Positions 11,340 through 24,339 are shown, counted from the first letter of the whole stretch. The stretch: 63,856 nt of DNA, filler included, from Octopus bimaculoides (GCF_001194135.2; 7 parts of 6 records of this genome joined end to end with filler, not necessarily neighbours in it), one strand, 5' to 3'. Notes: a model not told the origin generated them from the sequence alone. Translations and numbers: made by a program.

Positions 11340-11455
11340 TCAGCATTAAATTACAAGCTATCACCTGTGATACATTTGTACCGTCTGCATAGCAAGAAAG
11401 AGTGGCTACCTGTTTTGTTGAAACCATGTCTGGGAGACCCACTATGAAGTAGTTG
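11340..11455 (-). mobile_element. LINE reverse transcriptase relic around the catalytic motif
   Basis: Translation ...GLPDMVSTKQVATLSCYADGTNVSQVI resembles INDLP...LSCYADDTKVS. Confidence 0.55.
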
Positions 11456-11462
11456 CGAAGTA

Positions 11463-11650
11463 TAGGCGTAGGAGGGGCAGTGTGGTAAGTAGCTTGCTTA
11501 CGAACCACATGGTTCCGGGTTCAGTTCCACTGCGTGGCACCTTGGGAAAGTGTCTTCTACTATAGCCTCGAGCCGACCAAAGCTTTGTGAGTGGATTTGG
11601 CAGACGGAAACTGAAAGAAGCCCGTCGTATATATATATATATATATATAT
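11463..11650 (+). mobile_element. SINE family A 5-prime half
   Basis: AGGCGTAGGAG...GGTTCCGGGTTCAGT.CCACTGCGTGGCACCTTGGG...GACGGAAACTGAAAGAAGCCCGTCG(TA)n, running into an N gap. Confidence 0.9.
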
Positions 11651-11934
11651 NNNNNNNNNNNNNNNNNNNNNNNNNNNNNNNNNNNNNNNNNNNNNNNNNN
11701 NNNNNNNNNNNNNNNNNNNNNNNNNNNNNNNNNNNNNNNNNNNNNNNNNNNNNNNNNNNNNNNNNNNNNNNNNNNNNNNNNNNNNNNNNNNNNNNNNNNN
11801 NNNNNNNNNNNNNNNNNNNNNNNNNNNNNNNNNNNNNNNNNNNNNNNNNNNNNNNNNNNNNNNNNNNNNNNNNNNNNNNNNNNNNNNNNNNNNNNNNNNN
11901 NNNNNNNNNTATATATATATATATATATATATAT

Positions 11935-12140
11935 ATGGGAGAATTTACGAAAAAACAACAGATGAAGACAGGTGGTGTAAACAATAAATGGATGTATTAG
12001 TTTAACGCTCGGGAATTGAGAAAGTCTTTGACGTTTCGAGCCTACGCTCTTCAACTGAAAGGAACACAGAAAGAAATAAGGAGAGAAACAAGGAGAAAAT
12101 AATATATAAATGTAGTGGTCAGCGATCTATCAAGTGCCAT
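11935..12140 (-). mobile_element. Short dispersed repeat (family H) carrying a hammerhead-like motif; possibly Penelope-derived
   Basis: About 200 bp homologous to 30868-31070 on plus (GATAGATCGCT..CCACTACA...TTTCTTTCTGTGTTCCTTTC...GCTCGAAACG...TCCCGAGC.TTAAACTAATACATC...AATTCTCCC). Confidence 0.75.
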
Positions 12141-14237
12141 TTGCTCCATAAGTACCATGCTGGTGAAGTTGAGCAGAGAACCACCTTGCTTTTGTTCACG
12201 TCGTGTTATTCGTAAGAGTTAGTCGCATTCGGGTCATCAGACGTTGCGTAGGTTGAGCTCTTCTCGTATGAAGTACGCTAATGTGTTGATCATACCTGTA
12301 TGAGTGTATGTAGGTGTGTGCTAATGTATGTATGTATACATGTCCATAATTACGTGTATGCGTATATGTGTGTGTTTGCAGTGAATCAACAGTCTACCGA
12401 ATGATTTCTTTATAATCTATTATTTCCTACATTTCTATGTAAGACATATATGTGAGTGAGTGTAAATATGCCAACGTATGACTCAATGTATCTCTGTTTA
12501 TGAGTAAACGCGCTTTCGCAATAGAGGTATTTATTGAGTGGGGCTGCTTCATGTTTAACAACGTTTTTGTTTTGTATAGATTTATGTGAGTAAAGAAACA
12601 AGTTATGTGTGTTCACTGAAGCTATTGAAAATAAAATTTACGGAGAATCGACAACAGTAAACAAAAAGAAAACCGTCCATTATTTAAAACAATAATAAAC
12701 TTCACGCACACATGCATATATANNNNNNNNNNNNNNNNNNNNNNNNNNNNNNNNNNNNNNNNNNNNNNNNNNNNNNNNNNNNNNNNNNNNNNNNNNNNNN
12801 NNNNNNNNNNNNNNNNNNNNNNNNNNNNNNNNNNNNNNNNNNNNNNNNNNNNNNNNNNNNNNNNNNNNNNNNNNNNNNNNNNNNNNNNNNNNNNNNNNNN
12901 NNNNNNNNNNNNNNNNNNNNNNNNNNNNNNNNNNNNNNNNNNNNNNNNNNNNNNNNNNNNNNNNNNNNNNNNNNNNNNNNNNNNNNNNNNNNNNNNNNNN
13001 NNNNNNNNNNNNNNNNNNNNNNNNNNNNNNNNNNNNNNNNNNNNNNNNNNNNNNNNNNNNNNNNNNNNNNNNNNNNNNNNNNNNNNNNNNNNNNNNNNNN
13101 NNNNNNNNNNNNNNNNNNNNNNNNNNNNNNNNNNNNNNNNNNNNNNNNNNNNNNNNNNNNNNNNNNNNNNNNNNNNNNNNNNNNNNNNNNNNNNNNNNNN
13201 NNNNNNNNNNNNNNNNNNNNNNNNNNNNNNNNNNNNNNNNNNNNNNNNNNNNNNNNNNNNNNNNNNNNNNNNNNNNNNNNNNNNNNNNNNNNNNNNNNNN
13301 NNNNNNNNNNNNNNNNNNNNNNNNNNNNNNNNNNNNNNNNNNNNNNNNNNNNNNNNNNNNNNNNNNNNNNNNNNNNNNNNNNATATACCCGCATACACGG
13401 GTATACCCGCATACACACCCATACACACACGCACTCAATAACCGCACGCAGAAAAATCGTAGCGCTAAAAGCAAAATACAGAAGAAAGTGTGAAAAAGCT
13501 ATAAGGTTAAAACGCGTCTATATTCGCATATTTTCGCATGCACGCAACTACATTTATATACGCACGCACCCGCACACACGCACACATTAACAAGCGCGCA
13601 CATAATAATTGTTACCTATATGGTAAAAAAGATGAAGCTCGTACGTGTTTTTTCGGTACGTCTTCAGCTACATAATTATGCAATGTTTTAACGATCCGAC
13701 TGATGAAATACGGATGACAAATTAATGTTTGTGCTCATTAATAGGGAAATTCGAGTATGAGATTAACTAATAATAATTTTTCTTTTTGATTCTTGTGCCA
13801 TTCTCGGCGTACCTTTAGAATTATTTCTTTCGTAGTTTGGGTTTAACTGTCCTTTTTAGCATGTAAGAAAGCCTGTCCAGGATCTTTTCTCTGTGTATAA
13901 ATTTTTATGGGCCATTGAAATTCAGTAACTGGTCTTGAAATGCGACGGCATTGTTGTACTTGTACTGTCAGGAAAGCAAATGCAAAACCGTAACCGGACA
14001 GTATAGTCACTTATGTGCTACTATGACCGGATACACATGTGCTGAGATAAGCTACGAAATTCGATGTAGGATGTATATGCGGTATTTATATGTAGTCATG
14101 GTCTTGCGCTTGCTTTTTTATCGGTATACTCTTTTACTCTTTTACTTGTTTCAGTCATTTGACTGCGGCCATGCTGGAGCACCGCCTTTAGTCGAGCAAA
14201 TCCCTGTAGCTTATCTGCTGCACTGTTTCAGTCTTTT

Positions 14238-14740
14238 TAGTGTAGTGGCGTTGAACCGCTTCGAGTTCCACTATTGTTTGACTTTAAGTGGTGACCATAA
14301 CTGGGAGCAATAATTCAGGCAGTTGAGAACAAAGGTTCTCCACAGGGTCGACATAGTTTCTTGTTCTCTTGTCTTCAAGGACCTCAGTATCCATCCTGCC
14401 GGCTGTCTGCACTTTGCTGCCATCTTGGTAATGCGCATATGAAATGTGATGCATCATTGCACTTACTGGTCCCCAAGTCTTTCACTGCCTGTGAATCTGG
14501 GATTGTAGTGCCTTCGGGTCCTGAATAAGCAGTTTGTAATGCATTCGTGAGTTGATAATGCCGTACTTGAAATTTTCCATCATCAAATTGCATATTGTTT
14601 ATTTCGGCCCACTTGTATATCAAATTCAGGTCCCGCTGTGAGCTTGCGACGTCATCTTGACTTTTTATTGCCTGTGATAATTTTGTATCGTCGGCATAGA
14701 TGAACAGTTCCTAGTGGGGTGCCACTTAGGATTTGAGTTT
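14238..14740 (-). mobile_element. CR1/L2-type LINE RT fragment with internal deletion
   Basis: SGTPLGTV, then YADDTKLSQAIKSQDDVASSQRDLNLIYKWAEINNMQFDDGKFQ...VKDLG...LNYCSQLWSP...ELEAVQRHYT, with stops and frameshifts. Confidence 0.9.
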
Positions 14741-15661
14741 GCGTCCCATCTCCATTAGCAACGCCAGTTTACTCGAAAATTTTAAAAGAAAAATCACGTA
14801 ATATTTGCGATTTTAGACATAGGAGAGGTACTTCATCTGATTTGTATCAAAGGTGTGCTATTACATTGTGAGACCTTCTAACTTTGCTGTTAAGGAAAAA
14901 TAGGGAAGCGGAATGAGTATGTGGGGTAGAAATTATGTGGATTGGGGGAATCTAGAGGGTTGAAATGTATAATGATAGGCGGGAGAAAGGGAAGGAGTGG
15001 AGAGGAAAACGATCAGAAGACGAAAGTAGAAGGAGAATAGTAAGGAGGAGGAGGAAGAGTCATTGTTACCGAAATTCATTTAATAGAAAAAGATGTATTT
15101 GACCACCCAAAGGTATTGGTCTGCGACAACGGAAAGTGAAAGTGAAAGTGGTCGAGGTCAAATGACTGAAACAAGTAAAAGAAAAAGATCTTTAACAGAT
15201 GTTATTACTTTCAGTTGTATTGGAGTAATGCCGATGGGTGGTCAAATACGTCTTCTTCCATCAAATGAATTGCGGTTACAATGGTTCCGCCGCCTGTCGT
15301 GGCTGATCACCGCCAGCATACGACTAAATAAATCGTTTTGCTATATGCAGCCCTGCCCACTGTATCTACTTCTTCTTCTTCTTCTTCTTCTTCTTCATCA
15401 TCATCATCATCATCATCATCATCTCCTTCTTCTTCTTCTTTTTCATCATCATCATCATCATCATCTCCTTCTTCTTCTTCTTTTTCTTCTTTTTCTTCTT
15501 CTTCATCTACTACTACTACTACTACTACTTCTCCTTCTACTTCTTCTCTTTCTCCTTCTTCTGCTCCTCCTCCTCCTCCTCCTCTTCTCCTCCTCCTCCT
15601 TCGTCTTCTTCTTCTTCTTCTTCTTTTCCTCCTCCTCCTTCGTCTTCTTCTTCTTTTTCTT

Positions 15662-15747
<86 letters not shown>

Positions 15748-16109
15748 CTTTCTCCTTCTACTCCTTCTTCTCCTTCTTCTTCTTCTCCTTCTCCGTCTTC
15801 TTCCTCGTCTCTTCCTTCTACTTCACTTTAGTCTTCTTCTGATCGTTTTCCTCCTCCTTCCTTCCCCTTCTCCCGCCTATCATTATACGTATCCCCACCC
15901 TCACATAATTTCTACCCCAGATACTAATTTCACATTCACACTTCTGATTTTTCTAACAACAAGGTTCGAAGGAATCACAATGTAATAGCACACCTTTGAT
16001 GCAAATCTGATGAAGTATCTCTCCAATATCTAAAACCGCAAATATTACGTGATTTTTCTTTTAGAATTTTCGCGTAAACTGGCGTTGCTAATGGAGATGA
16101 TGCGCAAAC
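14737..16109. repeat. Long inverted repeat pair (about 14737-15060 and 15790-16109) around a low-complexity spacer
   Basis: CATCTCCATTAGCAACGCCAGTTTAC.CGAAAATT.TAAAAGAAAAATCACGTAATATTTGCG...GGGGTAGAAATTATGTG...TATAATGATAGGCGGGAGAA is present in both orientations. Confidence 0.9.
15365..15860. repeat. Compound trinucleotide array (CTT, CAT, TAC, CCT, TAA blocks)
   Basis: Directly visible; source of the poly-L/H/S/Y ORFs. Confidence 0.95.
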
Positions 16110-16362
16110 ATTTGTAACTTATAACTGAAGTGGTGTTAAAGAATTTTCTTTGTCCTCTTCTTCTTCTTCTTCTCATTGGCTTATCTACTCTTCGCCAAAC
16201 GCATATGACGGTATAATCATCGTGAAATTTTTTACACCTGAAGTATTCTAGCTTTGGTCTGGATTCCGACAGTGTTGATGGCCCAGTATTCGGGTACTTC
16301 TTTGGAAATACCCCCAACTTCACACCCAACTTGTCCGTAGCTATTTGCTCTCTCAATATATG

Positions 16363-16397
<35 letters not shown>

Positions 16398-16497
16398 NNN
16401 NNNNNNNNNNNNNNNNNNNNNNNNNNNNNNNNNNNNNNNNNTTAATTAATTAANNNNNNNNNNNNNNNNNNNNNNNNNNNNNNNNNNNNNNNNNNNN
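16398..16497. other. Artificial 100 bp scaffold spacer (44 N, TTAATTAATTAA, 44 N); same 12-mer at 22277, 24434, 43246, 45632, 61619
   Basis: Identical palindromic 12-mer giving stops in all six frames, always embedded in N runs. Confidence 0.95.
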
Positions 16498-16531
<34 letters not shown>

Positions 16532-17591
16532 TATATACATATGTATATGTACATGCTTACATCTGTGCACATATATATATATATGCATATGTGGCCACAG
16601 GACATCATGAAATGTGTACAACAAAAAAATACAACGTATGAGTACATGTAATATGAACTATTTTTCGAACAACAAAAGACACAAATGAGAAACAAGACAA
16701 ACAACATAAAGAACGACCCTTCTTCAGTTGTTAGCTGTTTTTCTACCCTCGTATTTTGAGCATTTAACAACAATATATATGCTTTCAATAAAACAGTTGC
16801 TTCCGCAAAGCAAATTAAATAAAATTTGGGATTTTGCGGAGGGTCAAAATTGGTAACACAAATAGGACAGTGAAAACAAACAGGAAGGGCTGCTTGTGTT
16901 ATCAAATGTCTAATGATATTTTTATACTCATGCACACACATACATACAACTGATATATATAAACAAATACATATACATATGCTACGCGTTAATACTAGGA
17001 TATATACAGATATATAAATAATACAGACTTTTAACGGCTATCCTCTTCAAATTAAACTACACACACACACACATAGACAAATCAATCTGATTTGCTAAGA
17101 TTTTATAATAATAAATACATAGGCAATAATATACATTGATTATGTAAACCAACATAAATTTACATAGATAATGGTTTTATTTTAAATTTTACTTTATATC
17201 ATACATTTATTATTATTTGGTTTTTATTTATATTTTTTACCCTTATACTTTATTTTTATTTTTTAATGTCATTTTAAAAAATTATTAGCATACACATACA
17301 TACAATAGATATGTATTTCTTAATTTTCTTAGTCTATTGATAAAATCCAATCCATCAACATGTAACTATTTCTATTGTACTCTCGCTCTGATGAGATTCT
17401 CCCCAATGTTATTCAAAATGCTATTTTATTCTAATCTTTAGATTTATTCCAATCTTTGAATTTGCAATTATATATTGGATTGAATTGAAACATATGTAGG
17501 CCTTATTTTGGCAGTATGTTAATAAATTAATTTGATATCCTTATCAACTCTCCATTTTTCTTTAATCATATTTATATATATTCATATGTAT

Positions 17592-18256
17592 AATCCTTTT
17601 GGATTAATCCAGAAATCGGGCTGATTTGGGAATAACGAATTTTAAAAATTTCTGTTAGCTTGCTTTCCTCGTTTGAGCATGCAGTGTATTTATAGTGAAA
17701 AATATTGTATGTGGTTAGATGATCTAAAGTCTATTTTTCAGCATATTGGCATAGAAAATTTTTTTCTTTTGCCCTTATTTATAATTGTTTATAATTTTCA
17801 CCTTAGAAAGTATTTTAATATGCTGGCCGCTGATAAAATTTTTTTTGAAAAATTTTATCCTTATATTAGAAGTAAATTTATTTCCATTCACTTTGGGACT
17901 GATAACCACTTTACATGAGTTTTCCTGACTGTCAATACATGCTGAGGCTTGCTACAGAATTTCTGTTTAGATATATTTGGGGTACTTAATGTACTCATGA
18001 CTTCACATCTGCTTTATCCATGGGTATATGTATTCCATTTATTCTTATCATGTTTCTCGCTGATGAAGGAAGAATCCTTTTGGATTAAGCCAGAAATCGG
18101 ACCGATTCAGGAATAACGAATTTTAAACATTCCTGTTAGCTAACTTTCCTCATTTCAGCATGCTGTGTATTTATAGTAAAAAATATTGTATGTGGTTAGA
18201 TGATCTAAAGTTTATTTTTCAGCATACTGGCATAGATATTTTTTTCTTTTGCCCTT
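17592..18256 (+). repeat. About 185 bp direct repeat (17592-17776 and 18073-18256)
   Basis: AATCCTTTTGGATTAA.CCAGAAATCGG...TGTATGTGGTTAGATGATCTAAAG...TTTTTCTTTTGCCCTT occurs twice, 481 bp apart. Confidence 0.9.
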
Positions 18257-18261
18257 TTGTG

Positions 18262-18289
<28 letters not shown>

Positions 18290-18297
<8 letters not shown>

Positions 18298-18470
18298 CAC
18301 ACACACACACACAACAGGCTTCTTTCAGTTTCTGTCTACCAAATCTACTTACAAAGCTTTGGTTGGCCCAAGGCTATAGTGGAAGACACTTACCCAAGGT
18401 GTCATGTAGTGGGACTGAACCCAGAATCATGTGGTTGAGAAGCAAGCTTCTTATGACACAGCCTGTGTAT
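18290..18470 (-). mobile_element. SINE family A 5-prime half
   Basis: GGCTTCTTTCAGTTTC.GTCTACCAAATC...GACACTT.CCCAAGGTG...GGACTGAACCC.GAA.CATGTGGTT. Confidence 0.85.
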
Positions 18471-19659
18471 CCTGGTTTTAGAATAGTCCTACTATTTCCC
18501 TGCATGTTGTATACAATGACCAAAAGAGTTGGTGTCAGGAAGCATATCCAGCTGGAAAATATGGTCTCAGAAAAAATATTCAACCCATGTGATATGTTGA
18601 TTTAGGCATGGTTATTCAAAGTGCTAGAAATACTAGCCAAATTCTCTCACATTACTTGCTTCTATGTTTTGAAAAGCGAAGGATACAGTGGATAATGTTC
18701 TTTAAATATTCCTTAAAAGACAGGTTGGTCATTTATATGCACATGCATATGTATATGTGTGTTGTGTCTCCTTGTGAATATGTGTCAATATGTATAATAT
18801 GTTATGTGTATTTGTGTATAAACTTTCTTTGTGTGTGAGGAATGCATACACATTTGAAAGCTGCTGAATTTGTTCAACTTTACAGGATTTGCTTTCTAAA
18901 TCATTCGATACAGGCTCTAAATTATTTGACAAAGACTAGAATTGTTCCCTTTATTTTGTTTATTTGATAGTACATTCTGCTGACTTCTTTGTCTCATAAT
19001 GTTCGACTAATACTTTTTTATGTTCTTAAATCCTGATGATCAAATTAATTTTCTTCTTTTTCTCGTTGGTAATACCATATGTCATCAATATATACTTAAT
19101 ACATTATATGTATTTATATTTATTCCACTATTAATTATTCTACCTCATATATTTCACTATATTCCACTATTACTTTTTATATATTTAACTTACTGAAAAG
19201 TAGCCTGTATTCAATTACAACCTATTTACTTATTACATTGCATGTATGTATTTCTTGACTTAAGCAGAGTGAAAAACAAAAGTAATTGAAATTTCAGAAG
19301 GTCAAAATTTGTTGCTCTTCAGAAAATGTTGTTCTTCAGAAACTTTTACAGAAAATGTCAATAATAATGCTTATTATGTACATACATTTGTAGCTTTTGC
19401 ACAATGCATCCAATATGTTGTAAATGCACAACTTTTGCATAAACTAAGCCTGCTGTTCCTTGAAAACCTTTAGAAAATATATGTCACCTGTTTGTAAGAT
19501 TGTATGCCCTTGTTGTTGCTGTTGTTGTTGTTGTTGGCACTCCGTCGCTTACGACGTTGAGGGTTGTATAAATATGCATATATATTGGTAGTTTTGAGTA
19601 CATATATGTGAAATTAGGTAGAGCATTTAAATGGTCAAACAGAATAATAGATTGAAATT

Positions 19660-19865
19660 TTTGCACAAGACCAGTAATTTTGGGGGAGAGGATAAGTCAA
19701 TTACATTGACCCCAGTGCATAACTGGTACTTATTTTAATGACCCTGAAAGGATCAAAGGCAAAGTCGACCTCAGCGGAATTTGAACTCCAAATGTGAGGA
19801 CAGATGAAATGCTGCTATAAACATTTTGCCTGGATTGCAAATAATTCTGTCAGCCCACCACCAAA
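19660..19865 (-). mobile_element. SINE family B
   Basis: GACCC.GAAAGGAT.AAAGGCAAAGTCGACCTCAGCGGAATTTGAACTC. Confidence 0.8.
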
Positions 19866-20054
19866 TCTTGTTGTTGAAATTTTTCTTGTTCTTCTACTGG
19901 TTGTTGTTATTTTTGTACTTCTTCTTCTTCTTGTTCTTATCCAATTTCTTCTGATTCTTTTTGTTCTGATTCTTTTTGACCCAGTTCTAGTTGTTTCTTT
20001 TGATTTCTTTGTTCACATTCTTTCCTTCTTTTGCTGCTGCTGCTGCTGCTGCTG

Positions 20055-20087
<33 letters not shown>

Positions 20088-20659
20088 TTACTACTACTAC
20101 TGCTACTACTACTACTGCTGCTGCTGCTAGTTGAACTAGTTACATTTAAGATAGCTGAGTTCCCTATGTGTTCTTTTGTCACCTTTGAAATTTTCAATTT
20201 CTAAATACTGGCTTTTAGAGATCACACAAGTACCATGTTGAATGCCCTCAATAGTTTTACATGTAAAACCATTTGGTGAAGAAAAGTTAAATAGATCCCA
20301 GCTAAATGAAAGCATTAGGATGTTTTGGTGGCAGATATGAAAATGTGTTTCAGTGACTTCTTAGTTTTTAATTTCTTTAAACCAATGATGCTTTGGCTAT
20401 AATGGTACACTGCCTTCAATAGTAACCATTTCATTCTAGTATTATTCCTGCTTAAAATGAGTGTATGTGTGTATGTTGTTATATATAACCTGAGCAGCCA
20501 TGAAACCTGTTCTAGGATCTTCTTTCATACTCTAACTTTTCATCACCTAGCATAAAGCTGCCAGCCTTTCTATTGTAGTCTTAGTCTGAAGGTAATTTAG
20601 TCTTGTTGTAGTCTTAGTCTGTGGGTAATTTAGACTAAATTAACCTCATGGCAACCTCA

Positions 20660-20830
20660 CGACTGTTGGTGCCATGGGAAATGCACCCAGTATACTCTGT
20701 AAAGTGGTTGGCATTAAGAAGGGCATCCAGCTATAGACACCATGCCAAAACAGACATTGGAGTGCGATATCATCCTTGGACCCAATGTACTCTCACGTAA
20801 CCCATGCAAGTATGGAAAAGTAAATGTTAA
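20660..20830 (+). mobile_element. SINE/LINE-tail family E fragment
   Basis: AAAGTGGTTGGC.TTA.GAAGGGCATCCAGCT.TAG...CAACCCATG..AG.ATGGAAA..GTTAAA motif; minus copies at about 21715-21785, 28020-28260 and 28680-28850. Confidence 0.7.
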
Positions 20831-20842
20831 AACAATAATGAT

Positions 20843-20888
<46 letters not shown>

Positions 20889-21653
20889 CACACATACACA
20901 CACACATGTGTGTACGTGTATCTCTCTCTCTCTCTCTGAGCATGTGTGTATATATTAACATGTAATAAACAAAATTTGTATGTTGAACAAAAATAAAAAT
21001 GCCACTAAGGTTTCAACCTTTATGCATAGACCAACTTGCCACGTTCTATAAAAGACTGATAAAATAAGCATCAAAGTCCTGGAGTCATTATAAATGACAA
21101 ATCCCTTGAATGTGATGTTCCAGCTTAGCCACAGTCTAATGAGTTAAACCATTCAAAAGAATAAAAATTTTAAAATAATATATGTAATAGATGTAGATAT
21201 TTTACATTTTTACTATGCATATCTATGGTCATTACTTTGGTAATATAAGCAATATGCAATTTTATGTTTCTGAACATATAGCTAATAACACACACACGTA
21301 TGTGCACAGACGCATAAACACATACATAACTTGTTGGTGTAGGTGATACATGCTGGAAACATGAGTGGATGCTTGTGCAGGAAAATATTTCTTTTTTTTA
21401 CTTTCAATGGAAATTTTATCTCTTTACAGACGTTTTCATTGCTGAGTACTTTAACTTTTATGAACACAGACAGATTTTCATATCAAATAAAACCTGTTTC
21501 TAAGTAAGCAAGCAAGCAACTTGCTTTATGTAATGAATCTATATATACAACATACAAAGAAGAAATACAATTTATTTTTGGAGATAGTAAAATATATAAA
21601 AATAATTATCTAAACAGATGATTAGGTAGATTAATCACTTTATAAACTAATGG

Positions 21654-21694
<41 letters not shown>

Positions 21695-21844
21695 GTGTGT
21701 GTGTGTGATTATGATAATAATAATCATCATCATTGTTTTAACTTCCACTTTTCCATACTTGTATGGGTTAGACAGAGTTTCTTGTGNNNNNNNNNNNNNN
21801 NNNNNNNNNNNNNNNNNNNNNNNNNNNNNNNNNNNNNNNNNNNN

Positions 21845-21879
<35 letters not shown>

Positions 21880-22025
21880 TAACAGGATTCTTTCAGTTTC
21901 TGACCACCAAATCCACTCACAAGGCTTTGGCTAACTCAGATCTATAGTAGAAAACTTACCTAAGGTACCATGCATTAGGATTACATCCATCCATCTGTCC
22001 ACCTATCCATCCATCCATCCTTCCA

Positions 22026-22059
<34 letters not shown>

Positions 22060-22188
22060 CATACACACACACACACACATATACATATAAGTATATTTAT
22101 ATATATGATGTATGTGTGTGTGTATGTATGTATGTATGTATGTATGTATGTATGTATGTATGTATGTATGTATGTATATCTGTGTGTG

Positions 22189-22232
<44 letters not shown>

Positions 22233-22548
22233 NNNNNNNNNNNNNNNNNNNNNNNNNNNNNNNNNNNNNNNNNNNNTTAATTAATTAANNNNNNNNNNNN
22301 NNNNNNNNNNNNNNNNNNNNNNNNNNNNNNNNAGAAGAAGAAGAAGAAGAAGAAGAAGAAGAAGAAGAAGAAGAAGAAGAAGAAGAAGGAAGGGAGAGAG
22401 AGAGAGAGAGAGAGAGGGAGAAGAAGGACGAGAAGGAGGAGGAAGAGGAAGGAGAGGGGGTGGAGTAGGAATGCCGCAGGGGGAAAAAGACAAGGAGCAG
22501 AATAACAAGGATAGAGTCAAGAGAAGTTGAGGTAAAAAGAGATATACA

Positions 22549-22600
<52 letters not shown>

Positions 22601-24339
22601 AAGAGACAAAGAGACAAGGAGAGAAAGAAACAGAGAAAAAGAGAGAGAGGGGGAATAGGGGCGTGTTATTAGTGCTTTGGTGAGGAAATGTAAATTGTTA
22701 GAAGATGGATAATTAATTTTAACTACCTACATATCTTATCAATTGAGAAGACATTCTCTTTCAAGATAGGCCGAAATTATTGTTGGGACTTGTGTGCTGT
22801 GTTGTTAGTGTTTTGTTTCTGTTTTATTGCCTTTCTTTCTTTTCAAAGAACTAAAATACACGCACACACGAAGATACACACATATGTATGTATATATATA
22901 TATATATANNNNNNNNNNNNNNNNNNNNNNNNNNNNNNNNNNNNNNNNNNNNNNNNNNNNNNNNNNNNNNNNNNNNNNNNNNNNNNNNNNNNNNNNNNNN
23001 NNNNNNNNNNNNNNNNNNNNNNNNNNNNNNNNNNNNNNNNNNNNNNNNNNNNNNNNNNNNNNNNNNNNNNNNNNNNNNNNNNNNNNNNNNNNNNNNNNNN
23101 NNNNNNNNNNNNNNNNNNNNNNNNNNNNNNNNNNNNNNNNNNNNNNNNNNNNNNNNNNNNNNNNNNNNNNNNNNNNNNNNNNNNNNNNNNNNNNNNNNNN
23201 NNNNNNNNNNNNNNNNNNNNNNNNNNNNNNNNNNNNNNNNNNNNNNNNNNNNNNNNNNNNNNNNNNNNNNNNNNNNNNNNNNNNNNNNNNNNNNNNNNNN
23301 NNNNNNNNNNNNNNNNNNNNNNNNNNNNNNNNNNNNNNNNNNNNNNNNNNNNNNNNNNNNNNNNNNNNNNNNNNNNNNNNNNNNNNNNNNNNNNNNNNNN
23401 NNNNNNNNNNNNNNNNNNNNNNNNNNNNNNNNNNNNNNNNNNNNNNNNNNNNNNNNNNNNNNNNNNNNNNNNNNNNNNNNNNNNNNNNNNNNNNNNNNNN
23501 NNNNNNNNNNNNNNNNNNNNNNNNNNNNNNNNNNNNNNNNNNNNNNNNNNNNNNNNNNNNNNNNNNNNNNNNNNNNNNNNNNNNNNNNNNNNNNNNNNNN
23601 NTATATATATATATATATACATGTATGTATGTATATATATATATGTATATATGTATATATATATATATATAGATATGCAGGGCAGGGAATCATATATATA
23701 TATATATATATATACATACATACATACATACATACATACGCAAACATACAATCATACACACCCACATGCATACATACATATATATATATATACATATAAG
23801 CATACACATATTTATACATACATACATATATACATACATTGAAAATTGAAAACTGGAAAGAAAAAATTTGCAATTAATTGAGTTAATTAAAATCAGGTCT
23901 TGAAACAAATTTTTAAAGACAGTATCCTGAAATTGCTGCACATATCAAAGAAAAATGAAAATAAATCCAGAAATATTTGAAAACTTCAAAGCTCAACTTT
24001 TGGAGGCATTTTTTAGCTGCGGTTATTTACCTTTATTTTATTTTATTTTAATTTATTTTATTTCATTTTATTTTATTTTATTTTTTTACTTCGAGGGAGA
24101 AGTGAATTTTGCTTCATATTCTTCGTAGTGGTTGTATGTATGTATGTATATATGTATGTATGTATATATGTATGTATGTATATATGTATGTATGTATGTA
24201 TGTATGTGTATATTTTTTGTGCGTGCATGTTTTTTTGAGGGGGAGGAAAAAAAGGTTCTGTAATTTATATACACATATATGTATTCATACATATAAGTGA
24301 ATGCATGAATATACGTATATAAGCGTGCATGTGTACATG

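Noticed and set aside
12238-12296. Possible terminal exon GMINTLAYFIREELNLRNV*
   Set aside because: Only a moderate acceptor; a stop here conflicts with the better exon at 10272 downstream; no recognisable homology.
14712-14735. Plus-strand SGVP suggesting a twin-priming inversion
   Set aside because: The minus strand already supplies SG(T)P(L)GTV in the LINE orientation, so the plus match is a near-palindromic coincidence.
15093-15985. 200 aa ORFs rich in L, H, S, Y
   Set aside because: Translations of trinucleotide microsatellites with no splice or domain support.
16442-16453. Recurrent TTAATTAATTAA palindrome (six sites)
   Set aside because: Always centred in 44+44 N; an artificial six-frame-stop gap spacer, not biology.
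16655-16730. CTGAAGA...TTCGAAA on minus as a hammerhead
   Set aside because: Intervening T-rich sequence does not pair and stems I and III are absent.
19880-20197. Ser-run plus E/Q/K-rich minus ORF
   Set aside because: Interrupted by TAA stops and best explained as decayed (AGT/AGC/GAA/CAA)n repeats.
22790-23873. Long ORFs spanning N gaps (also near 12.6, 43.8, 47.4, 54.6 and 60.1 kb)
   Set aside because: Open only because N translates as X; flanks are (TA)n or (CA)n.
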